Source of the DNA: an uncultured virus (IMG/VR IMGVR_UViG_3300044693_000067)
Taxonomy: Duplodnaviria; Heunggongvirae; Uroviricota; Caudoviricetes
DNA length: 20,000 bases
Direction: 5' to 3' (one strand)
IMG/VR virus record: IMGVR_UViG_3300044693_000067
In this document: piece by piece, positions 15,854 to 20,000 of the stretch
Numbering within the stretch: the first letter of the stretch is position 1
Layout: each line of letters opens with the position of its first letter
The notes under the pieces: generated by a model
What the model was told of the DNA's origin: nothing
The model's database searches: none
Seen by the model: only the letters and a program-made list of their open reading frames with translations
Position numbers and translations under genes: made by a program

Positions 15854-17133
15854 GCGAATCGAAAGAACTGACTCTGCCCGAACGCGCTGCAGTAGCGCTG
15901 GGCACGCCGAAGTACGAGCAGGAAATCCGCGAACTCGTCGCCAAGTCGGTAACGATCACGGAGGTAAAGAACAAGGACGGCCGCGAGCAATGCCACGGCG
16001 CGATGATGACCCTCAAGAACGCGCGGGTTGCCATCGAGAAAGCGGCGAAGGCGGCTCGCGAGGATGCGACGGCGTTTTCCAAGGCGGTTATCGCAGAAGA
16101 GAAGCGCCTTGTCGCGCTCGCGACGCCCGAGGAAACGCGACTGCAAGCGTTGCGCGACGCTTGGGATGAAGCAGAAGCCGCCGAAAAGGCTCGCAAGGCC
16201 GCTGAAGAAAAAGCGAAAGTTGACGCGATCCGAGCCAAAATCGACCAGATCAAGGATTCCATCGTCTTCGCGATGGGCAAGTCGGCCGCTGAGATTCAAG
16301 GCGCTATCGACGAACTCACGACGCATGAAATCACGCTTGAAGAATTCGGCGCGCTTGCTGGCGAAGCGCAGGTTGCCAAGGTCGCATCTCTGGCAAAGTT
16401 AGGCGAAGCATTGACCGCCCAGCAAGCGCACGAAGCCGAAACCGCCCGACTCGCCGCCGAACGCGAACAGTTGGAGCGAGCGCGGGCAGAAGCGGCAGAG
16501 CGGGAGCGCCAAGCCGCCGCCGAGCGTGCCCGTATCGATGGCATCAAAGAGCGTATCGCCCAGATCAAAGCGACGGTTGCTATGCAGGCAGGGAAGCCTT
16601 CGGCAAGCATTGAGTCGGCGATTAGCGCGCTGCAAGCGATGGGCATGGATGGGCTTGGCGAGTTTTTCGATGAAGCCGAAGAAGCCCGCCACGGCGCTAC
16701 CGTGGCTCTCGGTGAGATGGCCGCAACGATGCGCGCGCACGAGGCGCAGCAAGAGGAATTGAAGCGCCAGCAAGCCGAGTTAGCCAAGAAACAGGCCGAA
16801 CAGGAAGAACGCGAACGCATCGCCCGCGAAGCAGCGGAGGCCGAAGCAGAGCACAAGCGCAAAGAGGATGAGGCCCGCGCCGCTGCCGAAAAGCTCGAAA
16901 CGGACCACGCCGAGGCGCTGATCGAGAACGCGCGGATGGATGCGGAGCGGAAAGCGGCGGGTGAGCAGCGCGCAGCACAAGAGGAAAGCCTGCGCCGCCA
17001 GCAAGTCGAGTTCGAAGCAACCGGCCCCGAGGATTGGGAAATCGTACAGGTCGTCGCGGATCACTATGACGTGTCGACCGACGTCGCGCGTCATTGGTTG
17101 TCGCGGCATGTTTGGATGGAGAGAGCGGCGTGA
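15850..17133 (+). CDS. Long Ala/Glu-rich coiled-coil phage protein with internal duplication
   Basis: 427 aa from ATG 15850; heptad-rich; located upstream of recT. Confidence 0.8.
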   Translation: MSESKELTLPERAAVALGTPKYEQEIRELVAKSVTITEVKNKDGREQCHGAMMTLKNARVAIEKAAKAAREDATAFSKAVIAEEKRLVALATPEETRLQALRDAWDEAEAAEKARKAAEEKAKVDAIRAKIDQIKDSIVFAMGKSAAEIQGAIDELTTHEITLEEFGALAGEAQVAKVASLAKLGEALTAQQAHEAETARLAAEREQLERARAEAAERERQAAAERARIDGIKERIAQIKATVAMQAGKPSASIESAISALQAMGMDGLGEFFDEAEEARHGATVALGEMAATMRAHEAQQEELKRQQAELAKKQAEQEERERIAREAAEAEAEHKRKEDEARAAAEKLETDHAEALIENARMDAERKAAGEQRAAQEESLRRQQVEFEATGPEDWEIVQVVADHYDVSTDVARHWLSRHVWMERAA

Positions 17134-18158
17134 GTAACGCACTGCAGATTATCACCGACGAGATTTACGGCATCCGCCCTAGTTTTGAGGCCGTTGCCGT
17201 AGATCGCTCGATCAACTTCGAGCGCGAGGCCGGGTTCGCGATTCAAATCCTGTCAAACAACGACTACGCGTTGACCGTCGCCCTGAATAATCGGCAGTCG
17301 GTCATCGATGCAGTCACAAACGTTTCGGCAATCGGAATCAGCCTTAACCCGGCCAAGAAGCAGGCGTACTTGGTCCCGCGCGACAAGAAAATATGCCTTG
17401 ACCTCTCCTATATCGGGTTGCTCGACCTGGCAATTGCATCGGGTTCAATCATGTGGGGGCAGGCCGAACTCGTGAAGGAGACCGATGAATTCCGGCTGAA
17501 TGGATTCGACAAGCCGCCGACACATGAGCGTGCTCCGTTCGCAAAGAACCGCGGGGAAGTTGTCGGCGTGTATGTGGTTGCCAAGACTCACGATGGTGAC
17601 TACCTGACATGCACGATGACAATCGATGAGGTCAACGACATTCGTAATCGATCGAGCGCGTGGAAGGCGTATCTCGAAAAGAAGAAGTCCTGCCCATGGG
17701 TTACTGATCCAGGCGAAATGGCAAAGAAGACGGTCATCAAGCGCGCCTACAAAACTTGGCCGAAGACTGACCGCCTCGACAAGGCCATCCACTTCCTGAA
17801 CACGGAAGGCGACGAAGGGATTGAATCGATCCGACAGCAGACTCAGGCCGGATGCCCCGAGGAAGTCTTGTCATCGTGGTGCGCAAAGGCAAAGACGGCA
17901 CTCACTAAAGACGCGCTGACCAAGATTTGGACGGATGGCCTAGCGGTTATCAAACCGACGAAGGACATGCGCGCATACAACACGTTCAAGGATAAGGTCG
18001 CAGCGCGCGGAAAGGAACTGGACGCTCCGCCATCGGATGGCAAGACGATCGACGTCCAAGCAACCGAAGTGAAAGGTCGCGAACCAGGATCGGATGACGA
18101 GTTGCAGGCGGATTTCAATCGGCAGATGGCAAAGGAGGCCGCAAGTGCGAATCATTGA
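17130..18158 (+). CDS. recT: RecT-family single-strand annealing recombinase
   Basis: GISLNPAKKQAYLVPR, SYIGLLDLA, PWVTDPGEMAKKTVIKRAYKTWP; GTG start. Confidence 0.92.
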   Translation: MSNALQIITDEIYGIRPSFEAVAVDRSINFEREAGFAIQILSNNDYALTVALNNRQSVIDAVTNVSAIGISLNPAKKQAYLVPRDKKICLDLSYIGLLDLAIASGSIMWGQAELVKETDEFRLNGFDKPPTHERAPFAKNRGEVVGVYVVAKTHDGDYLTCTMTIDEVNDIRNRSSAWKAYLEKKKSCPWVTDPGEMAKKTVIKRAYKTWPKTDRLDKAIHFLNTEGDEGIESIRQQTQAGCPEEVLSSWCAKAKTALTKDALTKIWTDGLAVIKPTKDMRAYNTFKDKVAARGKELDAPPSDGKTIDVQATEVKGREPGSDDELQADFNRQMAKEAASANH

Positions 18159-18912
18159 ATGTGAGCAGGGTAGCCCTGAGTGGTTGCAGGCCCGTGCCGG
18201 GTGCATTACCGCCAGCATGTTCTCGACGGCGCGCAAGAAGGTTGGTTTGCTAGATGAGCGGCAATCTCAATTCGTATCCCTGCGCTTGGCCGGGGCACCT
18301 GAAAAAGCAGCCGCCGAGGCGGCGGGATACAAGGCAGTTCCGCGCTCTGACATCATTGAGCGCGCGTTGCGCGGCGAGAAGATCGGCGACTGGTCGGATG
18401 CGGCCAAAGACTACGCATTTCGCCTGGCTATCGAGCGCATCAGTGGAATGCCGCTAGATGAAGGATTCGAAACCTGGAGCATGAAACGCGGCCACGAACT
18501 CGAGCCGCAGGCCCGCATGGAGCACGAGTTGCAGACCGGCCTATTCGTCAAGCGCGCCGGTTTCGTGACAACGGACGACGGAATTTTCGGTGCAAGCGCC
18601 GACGGTCTTATCAACGACGACGGCGGTAGTGAATACAAATGCTTCGTCGATCCAGCGCGCCTTCGGGCCATCTATATGGATGACGACTTCTCAGAGATCG
18701 TCGACCAGGCAATGGGCTGTCTTTGGCTGACCGTGCGCTCATGGTGGCATACCTGCCTGTTTTGCCCAGCGCTTGAGCCGGTCGGAAAGCAACTCCGGTG
18801 GAGAGAGTTTAAGAGGGACGACGACTACATCGAGAAGATGGAATCTGACCTTTGGGAATTCGCGCAACTCGTGAACGAGTACGAGCACGCGCTTCGAAAG
18901 CAAGCTGCCTAA
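18145..18912 (+). CDS. YqaJ/lambda-exonuclease-family protein
   Basis: EQGSPEWLQARAGCITAS, MKRGHELEPQAR, GASADGLI, EYKC. Confidence 0.92.
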   Translation: MRIIECEQGSPEWLQARAGCITASMFSTARKKVGLLDERQSQFVSLRLAGAPEKAAAEAAGYKAVPRSDIIERALRGEKIGDWSDAAKDYAFRLAIERISGMPLDEGFETWSMKRGHELEPQARMEHELQTGLFVKRAGFVTTDDGIFGASADGLINDDGGSEYKCFVDPARLRAIYMDDDFSEIVDQAMGCLWLTVRSWWHTCLFCPALEPVGKQLRWREFKRDDDYIEKMESDLWEFAQLVNEYEHALRKQAA

Positions 18913-19065
18913 CCAAACCCCAACCCCACTAGCCACGATGTAGAGCCAATAGGCGCGCGGATCTCGTAGCTGGTGGGTGGAGGGGCCTAACTCTTTCCCT
19001 CGGAGCCGCTTAACGCGGCATTTTGTGCGCGGCCAGTATGGCGCGCCGCTTTTTTTGGAGAAATC

Positions 19066-19425
19066 ATGCAACAAATTCAACTGCCGCCGCTCGCCGAAGG
19101 CGAGGTTTATCTCGGTGGCTTCGTCGACGCGAACGGTGACGTCTCTCACACGATCCTGCTTCCTGGCGACAGAGATGGTGCCACATGGCAGGAACAGATG
19201 GACTGGGCCAAATCGATCGGCGGCGACCTGCCTAATCGCATCGAGCAGGCGATGCTTTACGCCTGCCACCGGGACCAGTTCAAGAAAGCCGCGTATTGGA
19301 GTAACACGATCGATGACGAGGTAGCCGCCTACGCCTGGTCTCAGGACTTCGGCTACGGCAACCAGAGCTGCTGCAGCCGCAGCAGCGACCTGCGCGCTCG
19401 GGCCGTCCGCAGATTAGCTCTTTAA
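19066..19425 (+). CDS. DGR target protein 1 (DUF1566/CLec-like, C-terminal variable region)
   Basis: GGAG RBS; TWQEQMDWAK...DLPNRIEQAML...AYWS...AWSQDFGYGNQ...RARAVRR. Confidence 0.88.
   Translation: MQQIQLPPLAEGEVYLGGFVDANGDVSHTILLPGDRDGATWQEQMDWAKSIGGDLPNRIEQAMLYACHRDQFKKAAYWSNTIDDEVAAYAWSQDFGYGNQSCCSRSSDLRARAVRRLAL
19324..19415 (+). repeat. DGR variable repeat VR1 with IMH-like 3' end
   Basis: Gap-free 92-nt match to 19809-19900; 19 mismatches, none at codon position 3. Confidence 0.88.
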
Positions 19426-19454
19426 TTATTCAGTCATTTAAACGGAGGGACGCA

Positions 19455-19919
19455 ATGACGATCACGCTGGAACATATCGAGGCGGAACACTCGCGTATCG
19501 CCGCCTTGATCGAGCAATTCAAAAAGCAGCCGAAGGCGACCGAGTATCACGTGGACGCGGCGACGATTCCACTCGCGGCCGGGGAGCGCTTCGCAGGACC
19601 GATCTTGAATGACGACGGCACGCTGAGCCATTACCTGATTCTGTTGCCGGGTCAAACGGAAGACGTAAGCTGGGATAACGCGAAGGTATGGGCCGCTAAG
19701 CAAGGCGGGGAGTTGCCGACTCGTCGCGAGCAATCGCTCCTGTTTTCCAACTTGAAGCACCAGTTCGACGAGCGAGCCTATTGGTCGTGCGAACAATACG
19801 CGGGAAACGACGCCTGCGCCTGGTGTCAGTACTTCGACGGCGGCAGCCAGTTCTACGACGGCCGCTACGGCACCCTGCGCGCTCGGGCCGTCCGCAGATT
19901 TATTCCTTCAGTAATTTGA
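19455..19919 (+). CDS. DGR target protein 2 (DUF1566/CLec-like, paralog of target 1 with N-terminal helical extension)
   Basis: GGAGG RBS; SWDNAKVWA...ELPTRREQSLL...AYWS...AWCQYFDGGSQ...RARAVRR. Confidence 0.88.
   Translation: MTITLEHIEAEHSRIAALIEQFKKQPKATEYHVDAATIPLAAGERFAGPILNDDGTLSHYLILLPGQTEDVSWDNAKVWAAKQGGELPTRREQSLLFSNLKHQFDERAYWSCEQYAGNDACAWCQYFDGGSQFYDGRYGTLRARAVRRFIPSVI
19809..19900 (+). repeat. DGR variable repeat VR2 with IMH-like 3' end
   Basis: See VR1; identical tail CCTGCGCGCTCGGGCCGTCCGCAGATT (19874-19900 = 19389-19415). Confidence 0.88.
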
Positions 19920-19934
19920 CAATTTAAATCCAAC

Positions 19935-20000
19935 GTGGCCTTGCATACTCAACTCCCGATTTATCGAGCGGCCTACGGATTGCTCGATGTCGTGACTGAT
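19935..20000 (+). CDS. Avd-like four-helix-bundle protein (DGR accessory), partial
   Basis: GTG start, MALHTQLPIYRAAYGLLDVVTD, truncated at the edge; LPIY..AY.L resembles Avd/four-helix-bundle N-termini; directly follows the VR-bearing genes. Confidence 0.7.
   Translation, partial: MALHTQLPIYRAAYGLLDVVTD

Larger units (their letters stand above)
1..20000. mobile_element. Lambdoid temperate phage/prophage early region (nin, replication, immunity, recombination, DGR)
   Basis: Divergent cro/cI switch; minus-strand initiator, helicase and NinG operon; plus-strand RecT and YqaJ operon; tightly packed genes with ATGA/GTGA overlaps. Confidence 0.95.

Noticed and set aside
409..17133. Many proteins ending in -EAA/-AA, resembling a degradation tag
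   Set aside because: This is explained by the recurring GGAGGCNGC-(A/G)TGA junction, where the next gene's RBS and start overlap the stop. A ClpXP-degron role cannot be supported from sequence alone.
15762..17155. Several long minus-strand ORFs
   Set aside because: They are antisense shadows of the Ala/Glu-rich coiled-coil gene.
19066..19919. Simple tandem gene duplication as the explanation for the repeat
   Set aside because: The gene bodies are strongly diverged while the 3' ends have no third-position differences and only position 1-2 changes, which is inconsistent with neutral divergence.
1..20000. DGR template repeat or reverse transcriptase inside the window
   Set aside because: No AAC-rich third copy of the repeat and no RT-like ORF were seen; they are only predicted beyond the right edge.

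Overview
This 20 kb window is the early region of a lambdoid temperate (pro)phage. Its GC-rich composition and gene set suggest a Burkholderiales host, which is inference only. A divergent immunity switch sits in the middle: cro on the minus strand and cI on the plus strand, with five TACAA-N6-TTG(T/A)A operators. The leftward (minus) operon encodes a CII-position regulator, an amino-methyltransferase, a replication initiator, a DnaB-like helicase, DUF4406, a DUF5664 dATP/dGTP diphosphohydrolase, DUF1367, NinG, a C5 methyltransferase and an Ead/Ea22-like protein. The rightward (plus) operon has small ORFs, two tracts of structured and partly tRNA-like non-coding sequence, a lipoprotein, an acyl carrier protein, RecT and a YqaJ exonuclease. 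The main result is the 5' half of an apparent multi-target diversity-generating retroelement (DGR) at the right edge. Two tandem small DUF1566/CLec-like genes end in 92-nt variable repeats that differ at 19 positions, all in codon positions 1-2, and share an identical 27-nt 3' end. The start of an Avd-like gene follows; the template repeat (TR) and reverse transcriptase (RT) are predicted beyond base 20000. Other notable items are a dual-coding C5 methyltransferase locus, a roughly 1 kb cluster of stem-closed tRNA-like and kissing-loop RNA domains, and the phage acyl carrier protein.
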